Below are positions 9,107 to 19,232 of a stretch of 64,000 nucleotides of DNA, in pieces (position 1 is the stretch's first letter; each line of letters begins with the position of its first letter). The notes beneath the pieces are model-generated. The model was not told the origin of the DNA and did not search any database. It saw only the letters and a program-made list of their open reading frames with translations. A program made the translations under genes and the position numbers. Source of the stretch: a virus (Duplodnaviria > Caudoviricetes); the IMG/VR virus record IMGVR_UViG_3300048881_000698, positions 96,001-160,000 of that record; one strand, written 5' to 3'.

Positions 9107-10267
9107 CTAAAAATCTAATCTTACTGTGATAGATAAATCATTATCTGGTGTTTTTTTCAGAGGTTCAGACAGTTTAGAGACCGCTAATAGTTCACCAGCA
9201 GCAGAATATAAACCAACTGTTGTTAAGTAAGATACTGGATTGTCAGCTGTTGAAGTCTTTACTCTAATCGTGCTGCCAGTTAAATATGTCGGATTTGAAC
9301 TATAATTGTATTCATTAGAATTTGCTCGACAAAAATATTTTGTAGAATGTAATTCCACTGTATTGTTAAAATCTATACTCTTAAGTCTATGTCTGAGTTG
9401 ATTAGCCATAGTTTTAATAGTCGAACCGGTCATGAGGGCTCTAATTGAAGTAGAATTTGTTCCGTCCGCATCTCCAACTCCTAATGAGCCAGAAAGAAGA
9501 TTATGTTTATTCTCAGACGGAGATTGCGTAACGCCTCCGGAAGGATACATTAGACAACTAGCAGTAATAACCGCAATGCCTGCCTGATAAAATAATAGGC
9601 CGGCCGCGTTCTTATTACTAGACCCAGATAGGACAGCATATTCACCAGCTGGAGAATCTGTATAATATAAATCTGTTTGCCCTGAAGCAGGAGCTTGTCT
9701 CTTAATCGTTTCGACATCATTAAATCTATCATGATTAAGAAATTTAACCATAGAAGCCGAAGGGGAACCAAGACCAAGCTTCAAAGTAAAAGAGCCTTTT
9801 TTGATTTCGTCTTTCATTAACAAGCGAGAAAAATTAATGAAAAACGCTTCACGAATGGTCTGTCCGGACGGGAGTTTAAACTCTTTAATCGAGCCTGTCT
9901 CATCGTGTCCCATCAATATTTGTGCCATTTCATTATAAATATTAATTTTTTTTGCCTGCTGTACTGGCGTAGGATTTACCAATGACCCCACTCCTGTTAA
10001 AGAATCCGAAGCTGAAAAAGGGGAATTTGCTGAATATCCAAATGTGATATCAAAAAGATGATTCGCAGAAGAGCTTAAGTATGGATAATCATAAATCGAT
10101 TGGAACATGCCATGTGAATAATCTCGAATATTTGTTTGCAAACTTGCATGTGCTGCGTTTGTATATGTACCAGAAACAACAGAGCCTGTAATTGGTATTG
10201 CTTCGTGAAGCAACGTCCTTGTGGTTCTTTTGTCATTGGGTTCGAATATCTTAAGTTGTGTTGCCAT
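9107..10267 (-). CDS. Virion structural protein, paralog of 7104..9080
   Basis: Shared motifs KGS(F/V)xL, G..(F/L)Y..G, SxNPTY and GLY...ELLAVSKLSEPLKK...RLDF. Confidence 0.65.
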   Translation of the reverse strand: MATQLKIFEPNDKRTTRTLLHEAIPITGSVVSGTYTNAAHASLQTNIRDYSHGMFQSIYDYPYLSSSANHLFDITFGYSANSPFSASDSLTGVGSLVNPTPVQQAKKINIYNEMAQILMGHDETGSIKEFKLPSGQTIREAFFINFSRLLMKDEIKKGSFTLKLGLGSPSASMVKFLNHDRFNDVETIKRQAPASGQTDLYYTDSPAGEYAVLSGSSNKNAAGLLFYQAGIAVITASCLMYPSGGVTQSPSENKHNLLSGSLGVGDADGTNSTSIRALMTGSTIKTMANQLRHRLKSIDFNNTVELHSTKYFCRANSNEYNYSSNPTYLTGSTIRVKTSTADNPVSYLTTVGLYSAAGELLAVSKLSEPLKKTPDNDLSITVRLDF

Positions 10268-10282
10268 GTTTTTTACCTTATT

Positions 10283-11284
10283 TTATCTTGTTGCAGCTAG
10301 TTTTACAAATCTTACTGGAAAATCTATTTTATATCCCGTTGTAATCCCGCGCACCCTTACCACTGTATCGATGTAGTGAACTACTGCGTCTCCTGTACTG
10401 TCCGTCCATGTTGCGTTCAAAACACCTATTTTTTCGAAAAGATCGGGACTGGTTCGAAGCAGTTCGCTAGAAGCGAACCTCAGCATTATATAGGTACCTC
10501 TAGGTCCTTTGATTACCTGGTCAGACCCTAGGTCGGTATCGATTGCAGATTTATTACCATTTTCATGTACGCCAGTGCCGCTAACAAGCTTATATAAAGC
10601 GATTTGGTCGTCATCAACAAAACTTAATGGAGCCTGTTGGGTGCCCACTCCGTCATCACACCACCAAACAGTTCCTAAGCGATTGTCCATTTCAACTGTA
10701 TATTCAGTTTCTTTAAGATCTGTGGATAAATTTTGAGAAGACGGTGTTGGTGAGTTGGTATTTAGTCCTTGATCAATTCGAATCCTAGGTTGAGCGGCGG
10801 CGCCTGGAGATATACCTTTCATCATGCCTATATTATTTTGAAATAACCCCTTAACAGTACCTGTGCTAAAAGGATTTGCTGTCTCTTCATCTACGGCGAC
10901 GACAAACTTGCCGCGCGCTTGAGGGTTGTTGCCGGTGCCGGCCGAATTTCTTTGCCATTCAGGTCTGGTTTCATTCAGCATTATAATAGGGAGGTGTATA
11001 TGAGCTGGTGTATTATATGTAACTAATCTAGATTTGAGATTTGCAGTATTGTCCGTAAAAGCTTCTAAGATTGGTGTCTGAAGGATATCTAAATCATAAT
11101 ATGCAGATCCGCTGGGGTGGGCGCCGCTGGGGTGATTTGAATTTCTATAAAGAGCATAATTGATTTCATCGTCCCCAAACGCATAATGTGTAACTGCAAA
11201 GGCACCTTGTGCTAGTCGCATTCTACCAGTGTCAGTTAACACTGCATCAAGAATTATATCTCCGCTATTATCTAAAAAAGCCAT
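10283..11284 (-). CDS. Virion structural protein with a tail-collar/DUF3751-like N-terminus
   Basis: MAFLDNSGDIILDAVLTDTGRMRLAQG...THYAFGDDEINY; ATG at 11284 is preceded by GGAGG. Confidence 0.65.
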   Translation of the reverse strand: MAFLDNSGDIILDAVLTDTGRMRLAQGAFAVTHYAFGDDEINYALYRNSNHPSGAHPSGSAYYDLDILQTPILEAFTDNTANLKSRLVTYNTPAHIHLPIIMLNETRPEWQRNSAGTGNNPQARGKFVVAVDEETANPFSTGTVKGLFQNNIGMMKGISPGAAAQPRIRIDQGLNTNSPTPSSQNLSTDLKETEYTVEMDNRLGTVWWCDDGVGTQQAPLSFVDDDQIALYKLVSGTGVHENGNKSAIDTDLGSDQVIKGPRGTYIMLRFASSELLRTSPDLFEKIGVLNATWTDSTGDAVVHYIDTVVRVRGITTGYKIDFPVRFVKLAATR

Positions 11285-11304
11285 TATCAACCTCCATTTA
11301 ATTA

Positions 11305-11351
11305 TAACTAGTTTTTATTTATTTTTTAACATCCTTGCCGGTATAAATAGT
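11305..11351 (-). promoter_or_regulatory. Two copies of a candidate late-promoter motif (ACTATTTA at 11344-11351, ACTAGTTA at 11305-11312)
   Basis: Intergenic; the same motif recurs upstream of other genes. Confidence 0.5.
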
Positions 11352-11377
11352 TCATTTCATTATAAAATTCATTTTTA

Positions 11378-14300
11378 TTATTTATGCTGTGTGTTGTTAA
11401 AATTAATATTAAAATCAATTTTCTTTCCCGTTTGTTTTGATATTAATCTAACTTTAAAAATTTTCCGATCATCGAAGATCGATTCTTCAGCAAGGCTCAA
11501 ACTATAGTTGCCGGCTTTATTTCCAGACCCGGGAGCTTTGTTGATCATTGTTTGTTCTAAAGTTGGAATGACACTAAAGTATCTTCTCACGCTTTTCATA
11601 TTTGTTCTTGCAGGCATTTCAGGTCTATACACTTCTACCAATAAATAAACGGCGCCGCCATCGTCCACCAACTGGATTTCATACATGGAGGACGGGTTGG
11701 AAATGTTTTCATGTATATCCTTTGCTCTAAATGTGTAATAATATTTTTTATTTGGCCTTACATTTTCTAAAAAAGTAGTAGAGGGCGCGCCATTCGTAAG
11801 CACTTTCTTATAAACAGAATTATTTTTAAAACTATCATATGATACTGGTGGGTAGTATTGAAACGTTTGGTTAACAAGTATCTCTGATTCGGTTTCAGGC
11901 GGATTAATTCTAAAAATCTCATAGTACGCAGGCGGATCGTCTGCTTCGTAAGTAAGTATCGGAGGTACTGTATCAACCCCTTGAGCAATCAATTGTTTCT
12001 CAATGGCTTGTTCATCTTCCGGTAGTAGTGCTATTGGTGTTGCCTCAACTTTTCCAGTTCCGGCATCGAAACTAAACAAAAATCTGTCATTGATCCCCAT
12101 ATAAGGTGTAAGGCGCACAATAGGAGGCAGAGGTGGCGAGTCAACCATGACAGTATTAATTTCGCCATAAGGCACTTCAATTATTTTAACAGACGGGCGA
12201 GATATAACATTAAACTCCAAATGTGCCTCAGAATTGGCTGTCGGCCCCCATCCTGTAACTTCTTGTCTAACCCCAGATAAGACTGTTACCTTTTGCCCCG
12301 GGGTGGAAGGGCCAAAATAATGATATCTGTCTCCGGCCATGGCGTTGGAGAAGGGGCTGGGTATGATGTTGCTTTCTTGAATAGCATTGGTATAAGTCTG
12401 CAAAAAACGAATAAAATCGTTGGTAACTGACCAAGAGTCATGGCTCAGGAATGGAAATTCAACTTCGCTTACATCGAGGCCACCCGACTCAAAAAACGGT
12501 TTGGCCCATGGGAATGGATCCCAAGCGCTGGTAAAACCTTCCCAGAGGGGGTAGCCAAGGTGGGGATCTACAAACTTTTGATGATCGGGCCAATGAATAA
12601 GTACACTAGGTTGGACACTATAGCCCGCGGGCATGTTCCATTTGCCATCAGGGTGATATGTGGTATTAATGTGATTTGGGTCCAGAACCGTGTCTTTATA
12701 CCTTGCATACTCTTCCGGCGTTATATAAACGTGTAAGTTGGTTTTCACTTCTCTCTCGATAGGTTGATATTCATAGTCTGAGCCAAAAACAGCAGTTATT
12801 GCATGGAGTTTGTATGTTATTTTCCTGCCGTACCCGACTTGTGTATCGACAAGTTTAATCTCATTTATATCTGGCTTGTTAATATAGTAAAAGCTTTGTA
12901 GCGGCGCAGTGGATTGCGAATCCCATTTAGAAACTCTCCAAAAAAGTACTTCAGTGCATGCCATTTTGCCTGATAAAATCTCCGGGTAAGATCTGGTTTT
13001 TTTCTCAACTAATTGTGCGAACTTTTTCTTAATAGTTTCCATGGAAGCTTGTAGGGCTTGCACAGTGGCAGCAGGGGGGACTGTGTTATTAAGATCTTCA
13101 TATTCAATCGATGTAGCCGCAAATAAATTAGGATCCTCACTATTTGAAACTATGAGTGCAGATGGAACACTATTATTATCTTTTAAATACCAGTATCCTT
13201 TAGTTTTGTCGGAGATGGCATAAGAGTACCCAATCGAGTCCGGATCTAATTTTTCCATGAAAGTGTAAAAATCGTATTCCTTAAGATTTTTTTTGCCAAG
13301 ACCTGCTTTTACGCTGGCGATGGTGCCGGTTGGGCCACTCTTAGTTGGGATTACGGATGTGGGAACCATGTAAGAATCTTCCCCATCCATAAATAATTTT
13401 AAAAATGCGTACCATAAGGGCATGGCGCCGACTTTCCACGAGTCTCCCCAGAGCGGTGGCGCCTCGAGTAAGAGTTGGAGCAGGCTATTCACATCTCCAC
13501 CGTAACCTTCAAGTGGTTCGACCCAGGATGGGGGCGGAATGGGTGTAAAATTTAGATGCATTTGCATGGGAAAAAATTCTTTCTGGCGTTGATATAACCA
13601 TGCCCAAAACTCACCTTTTTTTGGGAAAAGAATTTGATTTTTATACATGCCCAGCTTATTCTGGAAGATGGAAAATGTACCCTTGTTCTTAAGTCTTTTC
13701 ACTGCATTTGTCCAAGCGGTAAAGTAATTTTCAGTGTCTTGCTCGCCGATCTTAGTTCCCGCCTTAAGGCCCGGGGCTTTGGCGGCGTCTTCCGCGGATA
13801 GTAGTATATCTTCAAATGCTTTTATTTCATCATATAAGGTTATAAAATTGCGACGTTGATCCTTCAATTCATCAGTTTGCACTTTCCAGGATTTCATGTA
13901 TTCTGGAACAGCTTTCATGGAAAATTTTGGATCATTATCTTTGCCCATCATTTCATATGTTATTAATTCAAGGTGCGGGAAGAGATAGGAATGCTGCCAG
14001 GCAACGCTGATTTCATCTTCATATTCTTTATTATAGAAGTTATATTCAGGCTTTACATCATAAACCAAAGCATTTGTTTGGGGCGCATCAAGATATTCTT
14101 TATTGGAATATGGCATTGGGAATAAAAAGACATGATCTTCTTTGTATTTACTTATAGGATTTGTATTATCTCTTACAATTCTATTTTGAATTGTTTGTAG
14201 AACCTCAGCATTTTCGTCGGCTGTCCGGTTGGCATTAAAGACCGTTAAACGCACCCTATGCACAATATAAGGACGTGGATCCTCCGATTGGTATCCGGAG

Positions 14301-14887
14301 AAGAGGTTCAGGGCGACCAATTCGGAGCACGTAGACCCGACGGCACCGCCTTGGCAAAGTTGTACCGTTTTGTAGTGTAGATGTTGGGGCACGCCAAATA
14401 TTTCCTTTTGTGGAAGAAATAGTGCATCTGCAAGGTGGTTTCCCTCGTAGCCGCCCCACGTGCTCCAGTGGTCCGCCCACATGTTTGTCTGGCTGGACAT
14501 ATATCTAATGTAGTCAGAGCCCTGCGACGACTCGAGTGTATTGACCCAATATTGACCTAATATATATCTAATAGGATCCATGAAAACGCTGTAGGTGGAA
14601 GGAAATGGAGGATTTCCAGGATTCTCAGATTTCCATGTAGGTGTATCATATTTTAAAGATTCTCCCCAGGACTTTAAATGTTCCCATCCTTCAGAATTAT
14701 TAGGAATAAATAAACCGCCGCCGCCGAGAGCATATGCCCAGTTGTTTGCAACCATAATATTGCCGTTGCCAACATTATTATAGGTGCACGCCGGCGACGG
14801 GTGAGTGTGATCATGAGGAATCCAATCTTCGATAATCGGAATATTATTTGCCCACCATATAATTATTGGGTCATGTTGACCTGCCAT
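11378..14887 (-). CDS. Large putative virion protein with a C-terminal FN3-like domain
   Basis: 1169 aa in the structural module; YYEIFR...PNKKYYYTFRAKDIHENISNPS is an FN3-like signature. Confidence 0.6.
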   Translation of the reverse strand: MAGQHDPIIIWWANNIPIIEDWIPHDHTHPSPACTYNNVGNGNIMVANNWAYALGGGGLFIPNNSEGWEHLKSWGESLKYDTPTWKSENPGNPPFPSTYSVFMDPIRYILGQYWVNTLESSQGSDYIRYMSSQTNMWADHWSTWGGYEGNHLADALFLPQKEIFGVPQHLHYKTVQLCQGGAVGSTCSELVALNLFSGYQSEDPRPYIVHRVRLTVFNANRTADENAEVLQTIQNRIVRDNTNPISKYKEDHVFLFPMPYSNKEYLDAPQTNALVYDVKPEYNFYNKEYEDEISVAWQHSYLFPHLELITYEMMGKDNDPKFSMKAVPEYMKSWKVQTDELKDQRRNFITLYDEIKAFEDILLSAEDAAKAPGLKAGTKIGEQDTENYFTAWTNAVKRLKNKGTFSIFQNKLGMYKNQILFPKKGEFWAWLYQRQKEFFPMQMHLNFTPIPPPSWVEPLEGYGGDVNSLLQLLLEAPPLWGDSWKVGAMPLWYAFLKLFMDGEDSYMVPTSVIPTKSGPTGTIASVKAGLGKKNLKEYDFYTFMEKLDPDSIGYSYAISDKTKGYWYLKDNNSVPSALIVSNSEDPNLFAATSIEYEDLNNTVPPAATVQALQASMETIKKKFAQLVEKKTRSYPEILSGKMACTEVLFWRVSKWDSQSTAPLQSFYYINKPDINEIKLVDTQVGYGRKITYKLHAITAVFGSDYEYQPIEREVKTNLHVYITPEEYARYKDTVLDPNHINTTYHPDGKWNMPAGYSVQPSVLIHWPDHQKFVDPHLGYPLWEGFTSAWDPFPWAKPFFESGGLDVSEVEFPFLSHDSWSVTNDFIRFLQTYTNAIQESNIIPSPFSNAMAGDRYHYFGPSTPGQKVTVLSGVRQEVTGWGPTANSEAHLEFNVISRPSVKIIEVPYGEINTVMVDSPPLPPIVRLTPYMGINDRFLFSFDAGTGKVEATPIALLPEDEQAIEKQLIAQGVDTVPPILTYEADDPPAYYEIFRINPPETESEILVNQTFQYYPPVSYDSFKNNSVYKKVLTNGAPSTTFLENVRPNKKYYYTFRAKDIHENISNPSSMYEIQLVDDGGAVYLLVEVYRPEMPARTNMKSVRRYFSVIPTLEQTMINKAPGSGNKAGNYSLSLAEESIFDDRKIFKVRLISKQTGKKIDFNINFNNTQHK

Positions 14888-17800
14888 CAGTAATCCCCCT
14901 CTGTCACTCTATAGTTTGTTATTGCATTGTCTGGAGGGGGTGGAGCGTCGGCCGAAGTTTCAGAAGCCCGAAAAGGAGGAGTCGGGGCTTGAGCAGCGCC
15001 TGCCTCGTCGGCCGTAGCAGGAGATTCTTGTTTAGCAGGGGTGCCTTGAGGAGGTAATTTTACTCTTTCTTTATTAGGTGGGGCGGTCCCATCTGCAGAA
15101 TGTTTGCCGGCATATTCTTTTGATGTGTCAATGTTAGCAGGGTTAACTCCGTCAGCTCCAGAATATCTGGATCGTGATTGATCGAGAGAACGCTGCAACT
15201 GCGGTGGTTCTGATATTGCTCCAGATCTTGCTCCCCCTTCCAACAAAAAATATTCATTATAAATTGGAGTTCTCATTTCTTGAGTATTCGAAATGCCAGA
15301 ATAATTTCTAGCATATTTGACAAGTGACACAATTCGCATTTCGCCGGTTGGAATTGAATTTAAATCTGACTGAGTGAGTCTTTTTAAATTTGGCGCGTTC
15401 ACAGAATTGTTTTCGAAACCTGTCAACATCTGAACTTCTACAAGATTCATAAAATTTTCATAATACCATGCCTGGTGCATTCTTGAACTTTCCCCTAATC
15501 GACAAAAATCAAGATTTAAAGCAACTTGAGCAACTTCTCTATTAGTTGCAATTGAAGTTAAAGCTTTTAGGTGGTTGGGCAATTCTTGAAAAGTTTGTCT
15601 TGTTCTGAATTTTGTTAATATATTGTATTTATTGTTATAATTGAATATAGTCTGGCTAAGCAGTTTTTCAAACCATTCGGCATTGTTCTCAGACATAAGC
15701 ATGCTTAATAACATAAATAATGAAGAGGTATTTGTTGCCGTACGGACTGTGTTGATCCAGGAGTTCTCCCATTCGGAAAACTCCGACGGAGTTGGAGGCG
15801 TATCACCTTTGCCTTCAGGTTCAAGCGAAGCCAACAGCTCCGGGTGGCCGAGCCGGTGCTCTACACTATCCATATGGGTATCGTAGGACAAGAAGTCGGA
15901 ATCTTCCATGGACCAACTGTGGTCAGAATCTTCCATTCTAAGGCCAAATCCACAGTTCGAAGTTGCGTACAATTCAGAAAGCATGTCGTGGAGATTGTCA
16001 CTATGTTTGACGGCTTCGGACATGCCGGGTGCTATATTTTCACTTAAGATCTTAACAAAGTTGATATTATATTTTTCAATGTCGTAGAAGCCTGGATTTG
16101 TCGGATCAAAAGAAAAATACTCATCACCCATTTTCAATGTCAAGGGGGATAAGTATGTAGTTTTAGCGTTCGTCAAATTAGCAGATACCTTCGTCCCTCT
16201 AGGACTCAGAGGTGTTACGCTACGGCCGGCAATGTCTACAGGACCAGTGATGCCTACAAGATCGCCTTCAGTGCCTTGAAGGTGGATATGAGGGCTCCTA
16301 GAAGAACTGGCGCATTCCGAATGAATTGGAACCTCTTCTATTCCTGCTTTAAATATTTTATTATGTTGATTTCGGATAAGAGCCTCGTAATCTTGTGTAG
16401 AAATACTAGAAAGGCCTGTTGGCGAAAGAGGCTCACCAATAGGCAAATATCCATACCCATTGCCTCTAGAATGTTCTGGATCATATTCATTATCGAATAT
16501 GTATGATAACATAGTATAGTTAAGATTTACAACGCTAGAAGAGGTACCGGTACGAGTCTCAGTGGCTGCAGCTGAATTTTTACTTCTGTTGGGCTGCGCT
16601 ATCATTCTTTGCAGACCAGCTAGAACCTTTGTCATAATCTGCCTTACTTTGTAAATGTTTTCTTTGGTGCCCCATTGCGGGTGGACAAGGCGCAATATTC
16701 TTTCTGCGTAATCGTAAACACTTATTGATCTTGTAGAAATCTGTGAATATATGTGTACAAAAGCAGAAATTATTGCAAAAAGTTTATCGGGGGTGAAACC
16801 GCGGGTAGCAGCATATGATAGAAAATCGCTAGAAAAAGTAGAAGTGTCGGCATTCCAGTAGGGTTTCCTTGTTCGAGCATTAACTGCCCTCGCAGCAGTC
16901 ATATAATTATCAAATATTCCCAATAGGCGTGGGATGGCTATAGTTACCCGCTGCAGAAAAGCCGTAGTTAAGTCTTCAACTTGCAGTGACGCGGCATATT
17001 CATACTTTCCAGAAAGTGAATTAACCTTCACGTCTGTCCCTGTAAAGAATCTTAAACTTTCATTAGACTGAAATATTTTTATTTCTTTTAAAGAACCTAT
17101 TACATCCCCCACGACCCCTTCTCGGTCAGGTTCTCTAAGAAATTGTTCAGATAACTCATAATTTGGCACGGCGTCGCCGGCGTTTGTTTCTTCCTCATTT
17201 TTAATCCGAGCAATTTTTTTGGGGCGGAATTCGCTTCGTTGATTGGGGTTTGAAGAAACTCTTCTTCTAATCACTGATATTTCTCTTATCCTGGCCAATT
17301 GGTTAAGCCCTATGATCCTTGAATTATCTAACAATCCAGGATAACGTACGACTTTACTTATTATTTCATGAAAATTGATTGCAAACGCAAATCGATTAGT
17401 TTGTCTTAAGTCATCCACTCTTGTAAGGGCGAGACCACTAAAAATACCCGCGGGTTGACGGATACGCGCGCGGTGTTTATTTTCGCCAAAATCAATTATT
17501 TCTGCAATAAAATCATTAAGAAATGTAGTATCTTGAATGGTTATATTGGGAACGGTGACGATGTTTAATGGTTCTCCGTCCCCGTATGGCGTCTCTGCTC
17601 CGGAAGCGTCAGGCAAATAACTTGGAGTTTCTGTGAAAACTTCTCCGTTTTGTTTATAGAAGACCACACCATTGGCAACGGTGGTACCATTCTCAATCAC
17701 TGCTTCTATAGTAGGGGTACCCCAGCTGGTGTCAGCGGCTTGTTCAGCCGTGGCGCATGGAAAAAATATATAGCTAAGGTGGTTTAGGGTCTCTTGTTCA

Positions 17801-18192
17801 TATTCAAACGGCTGAGTTAAACTATTCCAACATATTTCTAACGGGCCCGATGAGTTTGTTTCGTTCATCTGCAGGACTTTGGCTTTATACTCAGCGTGTT
17901 GCTTAGTTTTTATGTAGTAACTGCGATGTGTAATAAACTCCCTGTTTGTCTTGGAGTATATTATATCTTGAAGCGTGGACGTTAAAATATTCTTAGGTAG
18001 TTTTTTAAGTTGTTCTGCTATATCTTGACTAGTACATTGTACGACATGCACTGTGTACGGTGAGATCCAGTGCATGCCTGCAACTTGTGGATTGTCTATT
18101 ACAGCACAAAAATTGATATCAACTGATACCATAGTATCATTAAGACCGCTATCAAGTGTTATCCTTTTAACTTTTATTGAAGGTATCGTCAT
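14887..18192 (-). CDS. Large putative virion protein, function unknown
   Basis: Likely start is MTIPSIKVKRITL at 18192, a TAATG overlap with the upstream stop; Pro/Ala-rich C-terminal tail. Confidence 0.6.
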   Translation of the reverse strand: MTIPSIKVKRITLDSGLNDTMVSVDINFCAVIDNPQVAGMHWISPYTVHVVQCTSQDIAEQLKKLPKNILTSTLQDIIYSKTNREFITHRSYYIKTKQHAEYKAKVLQMNETNSSGPLEICWNSLTQPFEYEQETLNHLSYIFFPCATAEQAADTSWGTPTIEAVIENGTTVANGVVFYKQNGEVFTETPSYLPDASGAETPYGDGEPLNIVTVPNITIQDTTFLNDFIAEIIDFGENKHRARIRQPAGIFSGLALTRVDDLRQTNRFAFAINFHEIISKVVRYPGLLDNSRIIGLNQLARIREISVIRRRVSSNPNQRSEFRPKKIARIKNEEETNAGDAVPNYELSEQFLREPDREGVVGDVIGSLKEIKIFQSNESLRFFTGTDVKVNSLSGKYEYAASLQVEDLTTAFLQRVTIAIPRLLGIFDNYMTAARAVNARTRKPYWNADTSTFSSDFLSYAATRGFTPDKLFAIISAFVHIYSQISTRSISVYDYAERILRLVHPQWGTKENIYKVRQIMTKVLAGLQRMIAQPNRSKNSAAATETRTGTSSSVVNLNYTMLSYIFDNEYDPEHSRGNGYGYLPIGEPLSPTGLSSISTQDYEALIRNQHNKIFKAGIEEVPIHSECASSSRSPHIHLQGTEGDLVGITGPVDIAGRSVTPLSPRGTKVSANLTNAKTTYLSPLTLKMGDEYFSFDPTNPGFYDIEKYNINFVKILSENIAPGMSEAVKHSDNLHDMLSELYATSNCGFGLRMEDSDHSWSMEDSDFLSYDTHMDSVEHRLGHPELLASLEPEGKGDTPPTPSEFSEWENSWINTVRTATNTSSLFMLLSMLMSENNAEWFEKLLSQTIFNYNNKYNILTKFRTRQTFQELPNHLKALTSIATNREVAQVALNLDFCRLGESSRMHQAWYYENFMNLVEVQMLTGFENNSVNAPNLKRLTQSDLNSIPTGEMRIVSLVKYARNYSGISNTQEMRTPIYNEYFLLEGGARSGAISEPPQLQRSLDQSRSRYSGADGVNPANIDTSKEYAGKHSADGTAPPNKERVKLPPQGTPAKQESPATADEAGAAQAPTPPFRASETSADAPPPPDNAITNYRVTEGDY

Positions 18193-19232
18193 TAACAAGG
18201 TTCTCCGATATCTTCTAGCTTCTTCTTGTATAAGTCTCTTGTACTGTCTGCGTCTGGGCAATCTATTATTCGTACCCCATCAGCTATGAGATTTTTCTTA
18301 TTAACTTCTGTAAGGTTTGCTGCACAAAAATATCTTGATGGTATATCTTCGTCTGCATTTATATCAAAATAGTATTCAACATGATTAGGTGTTGTTTCGA
18401 AGTCTATTTCTGGATCGTAAAAATACAATTGTTGTTGTATCTTTATTTCTCGCCCATTTGAATCTTCTTCTTTTCTGATTATGAAAACTTCAACATCAAA
18501 ATTCTCTTTCCAAAAATCAGCATTATGTTCCAAAACTTCTAAAAGCAGAAAATCTGGTTTTGTCTGTATGACGTTTTTCGGATTTGGTTCACTGTCTTCC
18601 TCTCTATCCAAAATAATACCTAATTCTCTTGGTTCTTCTTCCTCCAATATTAAATTCTTTAAATTGTCAGGTATATAATTTTTGATCAATTCCCCGCTTT
18701 CGTTGGTTTTAGTTAAGTAAGTTTTATAATCAACAACAGAAGACAACTGCGGGACTTGAAAATGCGCTAAACCAGAGCCGGACACATACCCAATAGAACT
18801 TGAGACATTTCCATAAAAATAGTTTACTTCCCATGATGGAGCGTAATTAGAGGCCAAAGAAGATTGCCCTAAAGGTGCGCCTATTGCATATTCGTTTTGT
18901 ACTTGTGGGTAAAGCTCAAACGTTCCCGGGCCGAATAAATTTATTGGATTTCCGTCTTCATCTACTGCGCCCTCGGCTGGTGTCGACTTAGATATGTTTT
19001 CTTCTATTCCAGCAAAAACATATTGTGTATGTGGTCTTGGTGTTTTATTTTTGATTCTACCCTCAGTCGCATTTTGAATTTCGTTAAAACCAGCGTAACC
19101 CGAATCATACAGAACATCATCATCAAAAAAAGCGTAAAAAGTTGGTTTCAGCTTGTTGCGCGCTAGTAAACTTTTACCATATTGGGTTAATTCAATATCG
19201 ATAACTTCTTCTTTTGTGTCAAAAAAGGTCAT
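18192..19232 (-). CDS. Virion structural protein; N-terminus related to 10283..11284
   Basis: VIDIELTQYGKSLLA...FYAFFDDDVLY parallels ILDAVLTDTGRMRLA...HYAFGDDEINY. Confidence 0.6.
   Translation of the reverse strand: MTFFDTKEEVIDIELTQYGKSLLARNKLKPTFYAFFDDDVLYDSGYAGFNEIQNATEGRIKNKTPRPHTQYVFAGIEENISKSTPAEGAVDEDGNPINLFGPGTFELYPQVQNEYAIGAPLGQSSLASNYAPSWEVNYFYGNVSSSIGYVSGSGLAHFQVPQLSSVVDYKTYLTKTNESGELIKNYIPDNLKNLILEEEEPRELGIILDREEDSEPNPKNVIQTKPDFLLLEVLEHNADFWKENFDVEVFIIRKEEDSNGREIKIQQQLYFYDPEIDFETTPNHVEYYFDINADEDIPSRYFCAANLTEVNKKNLIADGVRIIDCPDADSTRDLYKKKLEDIGEPC

Noticed and set aside
15896-15936. Short duplication MEDSD...MEDSD (27-bp period); also HPSG x2 near 11105-11135
   Set aside because: Two-copy micro-duplications in probable loops, with no array structure.
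18193-18261. Extended N-termini given by the ORF track (also 47928-47969 and 48462-48515)
   Set aside because: They overlap upstream genes. Downstream ATGs with stop/start coupling or an RBS are more plausible.
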